NCBI GenBank assembly: GCA_964431675.1
Contig: CAYSKR010000110.1
Location: forward strand, 1-62,572
Origin: an uncultured Myxococcales bacterium
GTDB taxonomy: Bacteria > Myxococcota_A > Polyangia > Fen-1088
Length of the DNA stretch: 62,572 nt
Direction: 5' to 3'
Under the pieces are notes generated by a model, which ran no database searches, had not been told where the DNA came from, and saw nothing but the letters and a program-made list of their open reading frames with translations. A program made the translations under genes and the position numbers. Positions 19,570 to 29,291 of the stretch are shown in pieces; position 1 is the stretch's first letter; each line of letters starts with the position of its first letter.

Positions 19570-19917
19570 ATGACCCTGTCGCTGGCCTGTCTGGCGGGAT
19601 TCGTGTGGTTTGGCATGCGGGTGCCGCTCGGTGAGCACACGCTGTTCGATCACATGATGCTCATCGGCAAGAGCAAGGAGTCGCAGGATCTGTATCGCGG
19701 CACCAAGGACAGGGTGACGGGCCTGTTCGAGGGCAGCAAAGGAGCCAAGGGCGGCGCGGGGGGAAGTCGGGGCACCGATCGTCCTGGCGCGCCGCCACCC
19801 AAAGTGGAGCCCGCCGAAGCCGCACCGCCGCAGGAAAAACTCTCGGACGGAGATCGCGACGACATGCGCCGCCTCATCGAGTCGCAGCGGACAAAAATCG
19901 CGAAGCACAAGAAGTAA
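19570..19917 (+). CDS. small membrane-anchored hypothetical protein
   Basis: ATG 19570 gives MTLSLACLAGFVWFGMRVPLG (one TM) followed by a charged tail. The ORF could instead begin at TTG 19498. Confidence 0.5.
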   Translation: MTLSLACLAGFVWFGMRVPLGEHTLFDHMMLIGKSKESQDLYRGTKDRVTGLFEGSKGAKGGAGGSRGTDRPGAPPPKVEPAEAAPPQEKLSDGDRDDMRRLIESQRTKIAKHKK

Positions 19918-19944
19918 CGTTCCGGGCCGTGCTTTCCCACCGCC

Positions 19945-20898
19945 TCAAGCAGTGGCGGGCAGGCCGAATCGGCGCGCGAAGTCTTCGATGGTTCGCCCGA
20001 CGCCATCTTCCAGCGACACCGAAGGCGTCCAGTTCAAGATCGCTTTTGCCCGAGTTCCGTCGGGGTTGCGCCGAACCGGGTCGTCCTTGGGCAAGGGTGC
20101 ATGAATGATCGGCGACTGCGATCGGCACAAGCGCTGCACCAGCTCGGCCAGCTCCAGCATCGTCGACTCGCGCGGATTTCCCAGGTTGATCGGTTCGAAG
20201 CCGTGGTCACTTGCCATCAGGCGCACGAATCCTTCAATCAGATCGCTCACGTAGCAGAACGACCGCGTCTGTTTACCGTTGCCAAACACCGTCATCGGTT
20301 GGCCCCGCAGCGCCGCCACCACGAAACTCGACACCACTCGGCCGTCGTTCTCGTGCATCCGCGGACCGAAGGTGTTGAAGATCCGAGCGATGCGCACCTC
20401 GACGCCAAACTGGGTCGCGTAAGCCACCGCCAGCGCCTCCGCGCAACGTTTGCCCTCGTCGTAGCAGGAGCGAGGCCCAATGGGGTTGACGTTGCCCCAG
20501 TAGGTTTCTCGCTGTGGATGCTCGAGCGGATCGCCGTAGACCTCCGACGTGGACGCCAGCAGCACGCGCGCCTTCGCCTCGCGCGCAATTTCCAGCACGT
20601 TGAGCGTCCCCTCGACGGCAGTCCGGATGGTGCGGACGGGGTTGCGCTGGTAGTGGATCGGCGAGGCCGGGCAAGCCAGGTGGTAGATTTCGTCAACCTC
20701 CATCGTCAGCCGATCCTGGACGTCGTGCCGCACCAGCTCGAAATGCGGATGACCAAGCAGATGCTCGATGTTGGCGCGCGAGCCGGTGAAGAAATTGTCG
20801 AGCGCGACGACCTCATGCCCGTCGGCAACGAGGCGGTCGCACAGGTGAGATCCGAGAAACCCCGCGCCGCCCGTGACCAGCACGCGCTGGCGCCTCAA
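19945..20898 (-). CDS. UDP-glucuronate decarboxylase (UDP-xylose synthase-like) SDR
   Basis: [38 protein letters not shown], and YDEGKR (YxxxK). Confidence 0.85.
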   Translation of the reverse strand: MRRQRVLVTGGAGFLGSHLCDRLVADGHEVVALDNFFTGSRANIEHLLGHPHFELVRHDVQDRLTMEVDEIYHLACPASPIHYQRNPVRTIRTAVEGTLNVLEIAREAKARVLLASTSEVYGDPLEHPQRETYWGNVNPIGPRSCYDEGKRCAEALAVAYATQFGVEVRIARIFNTFGPRMHENDGRVVSSFVVAALRGQPMTVFGNGKQTRSFCYVSDLIEGFVRLMASDHGFEPINLGNPRESTMLELAELVQRLCRSQSPIIHAPLPKDDPVRRNPDGTRAKAILNWTPSVSLEDGVGRTIEDFARRFGLPATA

Positions 20899-21911
20899 GC
20901 GCGTGCTCCCAGCGTGACCGGAGCGCCGTCGTTTACCAGCGATCTGGCCCCGGCTTCAAGCACGCGCACCACGCGAAGCGCCGAAGCACCGCTGGCGCGG
21001 GGTGTTTTCCCGGTCGCAATCGCCGCAATGAAATCTTTGCACTCGAGATCGAGCGGCTCGACCATCGGCACTCGCGGGATGTAGATGTCCCCATTCCGAA
21101 TCGACAGAAACTGGGCAAAATCAGTGAATCCGGACGGTGGTTCAAAGCCCTTGTCGTATACCCGCAGCTTCTCCACCGGGTGGACGTCGTCGAATTCAAC
21201 CATCTTCTGCGACCCCACGATGGTGAGCCGACGCTCCTTGCGCGGGTCCAGCCAGGACAAATGAATCTGCGCCATGACGCCGCTGTGAAAGCGCAGGTTG
21301 ACGAACACCACGTCTTCCACGCCTTTTTGCAGGTAGGCACCGCCCCGCGCACTGACCGACTCGGGCTCGTCATCGAGCAGGTGCAGGATCATCGACACGT
21401 CATGGGGGGCGAGGCTCCACATCGCGTTCTCGTCGGGACGCACCTTCCCCAGGTTCACCCGCAGCGCGTACAGGTACAGGACACGCCCGAGCTCACCGCT
21501 CTTGACCATGGTCGCCAAACGTTCCATCGCCGGGTGGTACAGCATCAGGTGGCCCACCATCAGGGTGCGCTTTGCCTCGGTCGCTGCGGCCACCACCGAC
21601 TCCGCGTCCGCCGCCGTCAGCGCCAGCGGCTTTTCCACCAGCACGTGTTTTCCGGCCTTGAGCGCCTTGCACGCTTGTTCGGCGTGCGCGATCGCCGGCG
21701 TTGCCAGCACGACGGCATCGACGTCAGCGCGCGCCAACGCCTCGTCCAGGGTCTTTCCCAACAGCGCACGCGGTGCGAGTCCAGCAGCCCGTTGCAAGGC
21801 TTCGTCGGATGGGTCACAGACCATCGTCAGGGTTGCGCCCTCGATCCGGCCAAACGCGCGCACGTGGTTGATGCCCCACGCTCCTGCTCCGATGACGGCA
21901 ACCCGAACCAT
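20895..21911 (-). CDS. Gfo/Idh/MocA-family sugar-nucleotide oxidoreductase (WbpB-like)
   Basis: [20 protein letters not shown]..., EKPLALT. 4-nt overlap with the downstream decarboxylase gene. Confidence 0.85.
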   Translation of the reverse strand: MVRVAVIGAGAWGINHVRAFGRIEGATLTMVCDPSDEALQRAAGLAPRALLGKTLDEALARADVDAVVLATPAIAHAEQACKALKAGKHVLVEKPLALTAADAESVVAAATEAKRTLMVGHLMLYHPAMERLATMVKSGELGRVLYLYALRVNLGKVRPDENAMWSLAPHDVSMILHLLDDEPESVSARGGAYLQKGVEDVVFVNLRFHSGVMAQIHLSWLDPRKERRLTIVGSQKMVEFDDVHPVEKLRVYDKGFEPPSGFTDFAQFLSIRNGDIYIPRVPMVEPLDLECKDFIAAIATGKTPRASGASALRVVRVLEAGARSLVNDGAPVTLGARA

Positions 21912-21917
21912 GTTCTG

Positions 21918-23006
21918 CTAGCCTGGCCCGCGATAAAATGCGGCGATCTGCTCCACCACGTGCGCCTGCTGCTCGGCGCGCAACTCGGGATAAATCGGCA
22001 AGGCCAGTGCCTCACGCGCAGCCGCCTCGCTGTGCGGGAACGCCCCTTCCTTGTAACCCAGCTCAGCGAAACAGGGCTGCTGGTGGAACGACAGCGGGTA
22101 ATAGACTTCGGTCGAAACACCCTGCTTGCCCAGATGAGCCCGCAGGGCGTCGCGCCGGGGCGCGCGCACCACGAACTGGTTGTAGATGTGTTCGGGCACG
22201 TCCCCCGGCAAGCGAAACTCCGCCGGGATGCCCGGCGCGCTTGCGAACAGCTCCCGGTAACGGCCCGCGTTTGCCCGTCGGCCCGCCGTCCAGGCCGGCA
22301 AGCGCGGCAGCTTGACCCGCAAGATCGCCGCCTGGATGGAATCGAGACGGAAGTTTCCTCCCACCGCGTGGTGGATGTATTTCGGTCGCGAGCCATGGGT
22401 CCGCAACAGGACGACCCGGTCGGCGAAGGCATCGTCGTTCGTACACAAAGCGCCGCCGTCGCCAAAGCAGCCCAGGTTCTTCGACGGAAAAAAAGACAGG
22501 CAGCTCGCGACGCCAGAAACCTTGCCCGCACCAATCGACTGCGCCGAGTCCTCGATGATCGGAACGGTGACCTTCGGCAACGTCGCCGGCCGACCGTACA
22601 GATGCACCGGAATGACCGCCTTGGTCCTGGTGCCACATGCGGCTGCCGCAGCGCCCGGATCGAGGTTGAACGAATTTGCCTCGATGTCGGCAAACACGGG
22701 CCGCGCCCCGAGGCGGGCAATGCATCCCGCCGTCGCATAAAACGAGAACGGCGTCGTCACGACTTCATCGCCCTGGCCCACCCCGAGCGCCATCAACGCG
22801 ACCAGCAACGCGTCCGTCCCCGACGACAACCCGATGGCGTGGCGGACGCTCAAGAAGGCCGCCAGCTCCTTTTCGAACGCGGCGACGTCGGGCCCCAGGA
22901 TGAAACTCCCGGCGTCGACGACGCGCCCGATCGCCGCATCGATTTCGCCGCGCAGCGGCCCGTTGCAGGCGCCGAGGTCCAGCAACGGCACCCGCGCCGT
23001 ATTCAT
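21918..23006 (-). CDS. DegT/DnrJ/EryC1/StrS-family sugar aminotransferase (WbpE-like)
   Basis: ATG (plus cat 23004-23006) gives MNTARVPLLDLGACNGPLRGEIDAAI...GDEVVTTPFSFYAT...FFPSKNLG. The upstream 78 codons of ORF 21918..23240 overlap the acetyltransferase gene. Confidence 0.9.
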   Translation of the reverse strand: MNTARVPLLDLGACNGPLRGEIDAAIGRVVDAGSFILGPDVAAFEKELAAFLSVRHAIGLSSGTDALLVALMALGVGQGDEVVTTPFSFYATAGCIARLGARPVFADIEANSFNLDPGAAAAACGTRTKAVIPVHLYGRPATLPKVTVPIIEDSAQSIGAGKVSGVASCLSFFPSKNLGCFGDGGALCTNDDAFADRVVLLRTHGSRPKYIHHAVGGNFRLDSIQAAILRVKLPRLPAWTAGRRANAGRYRELFASAPGIPAEFRLPGDVPEHIYNQFVVRAPRRDALRAHLGKQGVSTEVYYPLSFHQQPCFAELGYKEGAFPHSEAAAREALALPIYPELRAEQQAHVVEQIAAFYRGPG

Positions 23007-23590
23007 GCCCGGCCCCCATCGCGCAGCCGCAAGACCTCGCGGGCCCCATCCTTCCCCAGATCGTAACGGCACCCGCAATCCGCACAAACAAGTGTTCCGT
23101 CGCGCAGCCGCTCGCCGCACCGGCACATCCATCCGACGACCCGGCCAGGCACGCCCATCACCAGGCCGAACGCCGGTACGTCGCGCGTCACGACGGCACC
23201 CGCGCCAATGAACGCGTACTCGCCGATGCTCGTCCCGCACACCACCGTCGCGTTCGCTCCTATGGCGGCACCGCGGCCCACCCGCGTCGTCTTGTATTCA
23301 TCCTTGCGGATGATGAACGCGCGCGGATTGATCACGTTGGTGAACACTGCGGACGGCCCCACGAACACCTCATCGGCAAGCTCGACCGCATCGTAGAGCG
23401 ACACGTTGTTCTGAATCTTGCAGCCGTTGCCGACGATCGCCTTGGTGCCGACGAAGACATTCTGACCGAGCGAGCACCCGGTCCCGATCCGCGCCCCCGC
23501 CATCACGTGACAAAAGTGCCAGACCTTGGTTCCCGCACCGATCTCGCAGGGCTGGTCCACCACCGCCGTGGCATGCGCCCAGTGACTCAT
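23003..23590 (-). CDS. hexapeptide-repeat N-acetyltransferase, WbpD/WlbB-like, with C-terminal Cys-rich ribbon
   Basis: Hexapeptide repeats. C-terminus CRCG...CADCGC. 4-nt overlap with the aminotransferase gene. Confidence 0.85.
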   Translation of the reverse strand: MSHWAHATAVVDQPCEIGAGTKVWHFCHVMAGARIGTGCSLGQNVFVGTKAIVGNGCKIQNNVSLYDAVELADEVFVGPSAVFTNVINPRAFIIRKDEYKTTRVGRGAAIGANATVVCGTSIGEYAFIGAGAVVTRDVPAFGLVMGVPGRVVGWMCRCGERLRDGTLVCADCGCRYDLGKDGAREVLRLRDGGRA

Positions 23591-23609
23591 GACGTTGTGC
23601 CCCGTCGTC

Positions 23610-24218
23610 TCAAAAAATCCGCTCTTCGATCATCAGCATGTCGCCGGGAAGCACCACGACGTTGGCTTGCTTACCTTGGCTAATCTCCGCGACCCGGTAA
23701 GTCTGCGTCACCACCTTGCCCTGGACCTCGCGGCGCAGGATGACCGTGTTCTTGTCCGCAATCGGCGAAAAACCACCGGCGGCGGCGACGGCATCCACGA
23801 TGGTCATGTTGGGAAAGTACGGAATGGGGCCCGGCTTGTTGACCTGGCCCAAGACCGATACCTTGCGGCTGTTCCACTCGCGGACGATGATGGAAACCTG
23901 GGGTTTGCGCAGGTAGTCGCCTTGCAGCTTCTTGGTGATGAGTTCTTGCACCTCACCGCTCGACAGCCCAACGACGGAGAGACGCCCGGCGAACGGGTAA
24001 TCGACGGTGCCATCCGCCGCCACGCGGTACGATCCCGAAAACTCGCTTTCACCGAACACCCGCACGTCGAACACGTCTTCAACGCCGAGGCGCTCGTCGG
24101 TGGCTACCGCCAGCGGTGAAATCGGGCGCCCCGCGTCGCCGCGTTGATGACCGCATGAGGCGACCCAGATCGATGCCACGCCAACCAACAACATCGATCG
24201 CGTAAGCAATCTGATCAT
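23610..24218 (-). CDS. short outer-membrane polysaccharide export (OPX/Wza-like) lipoprotein
   Basis: ATG (cat 24216-24218) gives MIRLLTRSMLLVGVASIWVASCGH (lipobox). Poly_export-like YRVAADGTVDYPFAGRLSVVGLSSGEVQELI plus one SLBB-like segment. The protein ends ...LPGDMLMIEERIF with no C-terminal helix. Confidence 0.8.
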   Translation of the reverse strand: MIRLLTRSMLLVGVASIWVASCGHQRGDAGRPISPLAVATDERLGVEDVFDVRVFGESEFSGSYRVAADGTVDYPFAGRLSVVGLSSGEVQELITKKLQGDYLRKPQVSIIVREWNSRKVSVLGQVNKPGPIPYFPNMTIVDAVAAAGGFSPIADKNTVILRREVQGKVVTQTYRVAEISQGKQANVVVLPGDMLMIEERIF

Positions 24219-24228
24219 GCTGCACCGC

Positions 24229-25569
24229 CTAGTACGTGACACCCATGCGTGCAAAAATCTGATGCTTCGAATAGTCGGCACCGACGTCCAGCGGCAAGCT
24301 GCTGCCGTTCAACAGGAAAACATAGCCCGCGCCGGTATAGAACCACTGCTGGATGAAGTAGTCGGCGGACAAGCCGGCCTGCAAAAAATTGTCGTTGCGG
24401 GTGACGACCACGCCCTGATCTTTGTAGCCCTTGAACCGGCGGCTCTCGTAGCGAACGGTCCCCGAAAAAGAAACTCGCTGCGCGATCGATTGGCGCACGC
24501 TGAAGTAAGGTGTGTCCACGTCGTAAAAGTCGCCAAGAACCGAGTTGCGATACTCGTGACGATAGCCAATCCGCAACTCCGTCATCGGGGTGGGCTGGTA
24601 CCCAAGTTCCGCCAGGCCAGCCACGTTGCCGAAGCCTGAAGGATTGGCCGCGCCGCCTTGATAGAACGCGGCGGCATAGCCGGCCGCCAGGTTGACGCTG
24701 AGCTTGTTGGTCACAAGACCACGCAAACCAAGCAGCGCCTTGGAGGGATAGGATCCCTGCTTCGGCGTGAAGCTTGGGCTCATCTTGACGGCTGCCGGCG
24801 CATCCTTGAGGTAGCTGATCATGCCCTGCGATGCTTCCAGAAAGACGGCGGTGTTCGGGTACCACTTCCAGCTCAGGTCAGCTAGCAGCTCGTGCGCGAG
24901 GGAACTTGCGTACGTCAGGCTCGGATCCTCGAAATAATCGAGCAGATTCGAATAGCGCAGCGTGCCGTCGATGCGGCCGCCGCCCGGTGCCACCCGCAAC
25001 TCTGCGCCGACCAGGTTGGTATCCCGCACAATATTTCCATTGCCGCGCTCGTAGGGAGGATCCTGAACCCGCGTGAACGTGTCCATCAACTGAAACGACA
25101 ACTGCTGCCCGGACGAAAACTTGAGCGCCGCAGCGAGGTTCGGGTTGAACGCCCGCTGGGCCTTCACCGCCGCATCGTCGGACAGGTATTCGCGATACTG
25201 CAACAACGCGCGCAGGTTGTAGAAAATGGGCGGAATCCCGCCACTGCGGGTGCCGTTGGTCAGTTCGGCAAACGGGGTCACCCGCAACATCGGCGCCGCG
25301 GTGGGAGCGAGCTTCGAATAGAACACGTTCGAGTCGTAGCCTCCCTCGGCCCCAACACCCACGTGCAATAGACTCGTTTCGCTGAGGGAGACACCAGCCC
25401 GGCCCGGCCCAACCTGGACCGCATCGCGAGCGCGCAATGCCGCATCGCTGCCGATGTTGCTGAAGCCTGGACTGGACGCCAGACCTCCCCCGTTATCCGC
25501 CCGCGCGTTCGCCGCTGCAAGGAGTACCGCCGCCAGCGCGACGTAAGAAGCAGTAAAGCGGAAAGTCAT
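24229..25569 (-). CDS. outer-membrane beta-barrel protein (GltH/NfsH-like or Wzp-type porin partner of the OPX)
   Basis: ATG (cat 25567-25569) gives signal peptide MTFRFTASYVALAAVLLAAANARA. Alternating-hydrophobic beta pattern throughout. C-terminal ...FARMGVTY ends in an aromatic residue. Confidence 0.65.
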   Translation of the reverse strand: MTFRFTASYVALAAVLLAAANARADNGGGLASSPGFSNIGSDAALRARDAVQVGPGRAGVSLSETSLLHVGVGAEGGYDSNVFYSKLAPTAAPMLRVTPFAELTNGTRSGGIPPIFYNLRALLQYREYLSDDAAVKAQRAFNPNLAAALKFSSGQQLSFQLMDTFTRVQDPPYERGNGNIVRDTNLVGAELRVAPGGGRIDGTLRYSNLLDYFEDPSLTYASSLAHELLADLSWKWYPNTAVFLEASQGMISYLKDAPAAVKMSPSFTPKQGSYPSKALLGLRGLVTNKLSVNLAAGYAAAFYQGGAANPSGFGNVAGLAELGYQPTPMTELRIGYRHEYRNSVLGDFYDVDTPYFSVRQSIAQRVSFSGTVRYESRRFKGYKDQGVVVTRNDNFLQAGLSADYFIQQWFYTGAGYVFLLNGSSLPLDVGADYSKHQIFARMGVTY

Positions 25570-25657
25570 GTTGGGCAGGATGTCCTTGAATGCAGCGCGA
25601 CGGTGCGGGTGGGCTGGAAGCAGACTGACTGGCAAACTCTCTGTCCTCTACGGCTTG

Positions 25658-26302
25658 CTACTTGAAGGTACTCGCGAGCACCGGACGCGCGGTGCTGTCC
25701 GTTGTGGCGCCGGTTGTGGTGCTGCCCGTTTCGGATTTGGTCAAGTCCTGTTTCGTCATGTTCGAATCGCGCTCCATCGTACGCGTGGCCGCGCCGAGGT
25801 AGCTGGCCTCCGCGCCCGCGCACTTCTCGGCTTCCGCGTCGATAACCTGGGCCTTTTGGTTCAAAATCGTGACCCGCGTGTACTCGTGCAGGCAGTCCCC
25901 ATCGGCTTTCTTGGCCAACTCATCGTCATTGCGAGCCGCCGCAGCGGCTTTCCGGGCGGCCCCATCTTGCAGGGCAAGCAAGCCCTGATCGGTCATGTTC
26001 AGATTCGCCTTGGCCTCGGCTTGGTTGCCCTGGAGGCAGTTGATGCGAATGACGTCTTTCTCTTTTCGCGCCGACTCGAGCAGGGTGTCGACGTGGCGCA
26101 GCGTCGCTTCGATCTTCTGGCGGTAAATCTGGCACTGACTGATCATTTCGGCGGGACTGATCGTCGAACGCTGGGGCAACGACAAGCTAACGTCAGGCGG
26201 CGGTGCCTGCGTCGTGGTGCCTGGCGTCTGCGCCAGCGCGGTACCAATAGCGGTCGCCAGGGCGAAAATCGCCCCCAAGCTCGTTGTTGTCGCCTTGGAC
26301 AT
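25658..26302 (-). CDS. secreted coiled-coil protein with four Cys
   Basis: GGAGG RBS 8 nt upstream. Signal peptide MSKATTTSLGAIFALATAIGTALA. Heptad-like Ala/Lys/Glu-rich body. Confidence 0.6.
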   Translation of the reverse strand: MSKATTTSLGAIFALATAIGTALAQTPGTTTQAPPPDVSLSLPQRSTISPAEMISQCQIYRQKIEATLRHVDTLLESARKEKDVIRINCLQGNQAEAKANLNMTDQGLLALQDGAARKAAAAARNDDELAKKADGDCLHEYTRVTILNQKAQVIDAEAEKCAGAEASYLGAATRTMERDSNMTKQDLTKSETGSTTTGATTDSTARPVLASTFK

Positions 26303-26453
26303 AACTATCCTCCTCGCGCGTCGGTTGGTGGTGCATCGGTCGGCAGGAAAAGCTGCGACAGCACGCCGCTGAGCCTACAATCGGCGGCAATATAAGTGTA
26401 TGCAGCACGCTGTGTCAACAAGGCCACACGGGCATTTATGTCTTTGTGCGTTG

Positions 26454-27866
26454 TCACTGTGACGCCGTGAAAACAAAGGGGAAAGAGACCTCGACCGCGC
26501 CCCCGGAAGGAGCCGGGAAACGCCACCTGGCGACCAGGCCCTTGATGCAGCCTGAGACCTCTGAATCGCCCAGCGTGTCCTCTTCGATATCGACCCCAGA
26601 CACCGTTCCGGCCGGGGTAATGGTCCAATGGACCTTGATCTTGCCAGATAGGCTAGGGTTCCGCTTCAAGGCGCGCTCGTAGCAGGCCTTGATGGCACCC
26701 ATGCGCGCCCGGACTTCCTTGGACACGATGTTGGGGTCAAGCTCGCCGTCGACGGCCGGTGCCTCGTGCTTGACGATGCCCGATACGCGCCGCTCGGAGC
26801 CCTGGCCGGTGCCGCCTTCAGCGATGCCCGATCCGCCGCGCAGGCCACCGACGCTGGCGATCTTGCCGCTCCCTCCGGTGCCGGTCTTGACCCCGCGCAG
26901 CGTGTCGCCGCCGGTGGCCACGGTCAAGCCTCCTACCCCCTGGAACGCTTTCTCCTGATCGCGATCGACGTCGCCCTTGCCGAGCACGTCGGCGATCGAC
27001 CCGTCCTCACCCTTGGCACCCAGCAACTTGAGGATGCCGGTGTTCTTCACCGCCTCCACGAGACGGGCACGGCGCTCTGCCGCCGCCTTCTCCTTCTCTT
27101 CCTCGCGTTTCTTCTTGTCTTCCTCGGTCAGTTCTTTCTGTTCTTTCTTCGGCGCCGCCGCGACCGGCTTCTTCTTGTCTTCGCCTTTGGTGTCGTCCTT
27201 CTTCTCTTCCTTGGGCTTGGGCGGCTCGATCGCCTTCTTTTGCACGACCATCTTGATGAAGCGATCAGGGATTTCTTCGATGTCTGGTTTGCGTGGCCAA
27301 TCCACGCTGCGCAGGTAGATGACCATCACCAGGTGCATGGCGAACGACGTGGACGCGATCGCGGTGAAGAACCAGTCCATCTGGCCAGCGAAACTTCCGC
27401 GCACCGACGCCGGCAACTGCGGCCGCGGCTGCGGTGGCGGCGGCGTGACGAACTGAAACAAGATGGTGGTGTCGCCAACAACGATCTTGCCACGCGAGCG
27501 CTCGTCGAGCGCCAAGAGCCAGGCCGATCCCTGCTTCTTGATCTTGCCGGTCTGTTTGAGCTGGCCGAGGGTGATGACCTCGTTGCCCACGGCGATGCGC
27601 GCATCCATCGCGTCCGCGAAGTGCCCGACGTAGCCCTTCGGCGTCTCCTGGAAGAGCAGCCACTCGCGCGGCAGGTATTCAGTTGGGACGACGAACATGT
27701 TGCGTGCCGATTGCCCTACGGTGATGTTTTCGCGCTTGCGCACCAGGCGTTCCTCTACGATGCGCCCCCCTTGAATGACGCCAATGCGTAAAATCTTCTG
27801 CCGGGGAACAGCGCGAGCCGCTGTGCCTGCATGAGAGCTCTTGTTGCTTGCCTGTGGAGTCGCCAT
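26454..27866 (-). CDS. bitopic TonB-like protein, GltG/PglI (NfsG)-like: cytoplasmic FHA-like domain, one TM, Lys/Glu/Pro linker, AgmX/PglI-type C-terminal domain
   Basis: N-terminus ILRIGVIQGGRIVEERLVRKRENITVGQSARNMFVV. TM FFTAIASTSFAMHLVMVIYL. Linker KPKEEKKDDTKGEDKKKP. C-terminus ...IKACYERAL...GCIKGLVARWRFPAPSGGAVEVSFPFVF. Confidence 0.7.
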   Translation of the reverse strand: MATPQASNKSSHAGTAARAVPRQKILRIGVIQGGRIVEERLVRKRENITVGQSARNMFVVPTEYLPREWLLFQETPKGYVGHFADAMDARIAVGNEVITLGQLKQTGKIKKQGSAWLLALDERSRGKIVVGDTTILFQFVTPPPPQPRPQLPASVRGSFAGQMDWFFTAIASTSFAMHLVMVIYLRSVDWPRKPDIEEIPDRFIKMVVQKKAIEPPKPKEEKKDDTKGEDKKKPVAAAPKKEQKELTEEDKKKREEEKEKAAAERRARLVEAVKNTGILKLLGAKGEDGSIADVLGKGDVDRDQEKAFQGVGGLTVATGGDTLRGVKTGTGGSGKIASVGGLRGGSGIAEGGTGQGSERRVSGIVKHEAPAVDGELDPNIVSKEVRARMGAIKACYERALKRNPSLSGKIKVHWTITPAGTVSGVDIEEDTLGDSEVSGCIKGLVARWRFPAPSGGAVEVSFPFVFTASQ

Positions 27867-27888
27867 GGAAGGGGGGTCCTCTGCTGAG

Positions 27889-28290
27889 TTAGAACGGAGA
27901 TCGGGTGACGCTGTCCATGATCTTCGGGATGAAATCTTGCTTCAGATCCTGCCAGTCGTAGTTGATGCCGGACTTCTGAAGTACGTAGAAAGCTTCAGGT
28001 TTTTGAATCTTTCCTTCTATCGTGACCACGTCGGTGATCACATAGACCTTCTTGCCGCCTGCGCCGCGTTCGATCTTGACGCCGGTCGGTTTGGTATCGC
28101 CGCCTTGCTGCGCCGCGGCACCCGCAGGCTGGCCCGCCCCCACCGCAGGTGGCTTGGCTGCGGCTGACTTCTGCGCCTGGGCAGCAGGCAAGACCGATGC
28201 CGCGCCGAGCCAAAAACCAAGGCACGCAAACACCACCCGCGGCGCGGGATGACCTGGGAGTTTCCTCATTTGATCTCGCATGAGCTTCAT
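27889..28290 (-). CDS. small secreted protein in the GltF/NfsF position
   Basis: The start shares 1 nt with the upstream stop (TAATG). Hydrophobic signal segment VVFACLGFWLGAASVLPAAQA. Assigned by position and size only. Confidence 0.55.
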   Translation of the reverse strand: MKLMRDQMRKLPGHPAPRVVFACLGFWLGAASVLPAAQAQKSAAAKPPAVGAGQPAGAAAQQGGDTKPTGVKIERGAGGKKVYVITDVVTIEGKIQKPEAFYVLQKSGINYDWQDLKQDFIPKIMDSVTRSPF

Positions 28291-29291
28291 TACTTCAGCG
28301 GCAAAGGTGCGTCGGCCGCGGGTGTTGCCTTGGATGGTGAAAGGGCCGCGGGCGCGGCAGCGGATCCTGCCGCAGCCGCTGCGTCTTTGGCCGCCTTTTG
28401 TGCTGCGCGCGCCTTGTCGCGTTCGAGTTGCTTTTGCACGCGCTCGATGCGCTTCTGTTCCTTCTTGATCCCCTCGCCTGCCTCGGTGATGTACTGGTCG
28501 ACGGGATCCTTGTCGAGCGACTGCCCGGACGACTGCATCATCTGCTTGTAGCGCTGGAAGTAGGCAATCGCGGCGTTCATTTTGGCCGTCAGATCCATGT
28601 TCGGCATCTTGTCGGCGTCAAGGTACAAGATGCCCTGGTTGAACACGGCGTCGGCGTAGTTGGGGTAAAGCTGCAAGGCGTGCTGGTACGAGGCCAGCGC
28701 CTTGTCGTAGTCCTTGAGACCGCGGTAAGCGTCGCCGAGATTCAAATGGGCCTTGGCGAATCCCGGATGCAGCGACACCGATCTTTCCAGCAACGGGGTC
28801 GCCTCGCGGTAGTTCTTCGCTTCAAGGTACTGCGCCGCCAGGTTGTTCCACATGATCGCGTTCTCGGGCCGCGCTAGGGTGGCCTTCTTGAGCATCTCGA
28901 TCGCGCCCGGGCCGTTGCCTTTCTCGCGCTCCATGAACGCGAGCAACTGATACATATCGCCTCGCTCGGCGTCAGCGGCCTTGTTCGCCTGCATCATGTC
29001 CCACAAGGTTTTGACCCACTCGTACTTGTGCAGCTTGTAGTAGCCCTTGGCCATCAGGAGCATGGCGGGCGTGAAAGTTTCGTTCTTGGCCAGCGCCACC
29101 TTGGCCGCCGCGACCGTGCCCTCGTAGTTCCCGGCCTCATACTGTCGGCCAGCGGCGGCCGTCTCGTCGATGGGAATGACCTTGGGCGGCGGCTGGCGCT
29201 TCTTGCGCGCGGCATCCTGGGCATGCGCCGCCCCAACCCCGGAAAACCCGAGGGCAAAACCGATGAACAGCCACATTTTCATTGACTTCAC
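28290..29291 (-). CDS. secreted TPR-repeat protein, GltE/AglT (NfsE)-like
   Basis: Signal peptide MKSMKMWLFIGFALGFSGVGAAHA. Several TPR units (NNLAAQYLEAKNYREA, LNLGDAYRGLKDYDKALASYQHALQLYPNY). 4-nt overlap with the upstream gene. Confidence 0.72.
   Translation of the reverse strand: MKSMKMWLFIGFALGFSGVGAAHAQDAARKKRQPPPKVIPIDETAAAGRQYEAGNYEGTVAAAKVALAKNETFTPAMLLMAKGYYKLHKYEWVKTLWDMMQANKAADAERGDMYQLLAFMEREKGNGPGAIEMLKKATLARPENAIMWNNLAAQYLEAKNYREATPLLERSVSLHPGFAKAHLNLGDAYRGLKDYDKALASYQHALQLYPNYADAVFNQGILYLDADKMPNMDLTAKMNAAIAYFQRYKQMMQSSGQSLDKDPVDQYITEAGEGIKKEQKRIERVQKQLERDKARAAQKAAKDAAAAAGSAAAPAALSPSKATPAADAPLPLK

Noticed and set aside
21180-23066. 628-aa plus-strand ORF across the oxidoreductase and aminotransferase genes
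   Set aside because: It is antisense to two genes with clear family motifs (Gfo/Idh/MocA and DegT) and is Arg-rich low complexity.
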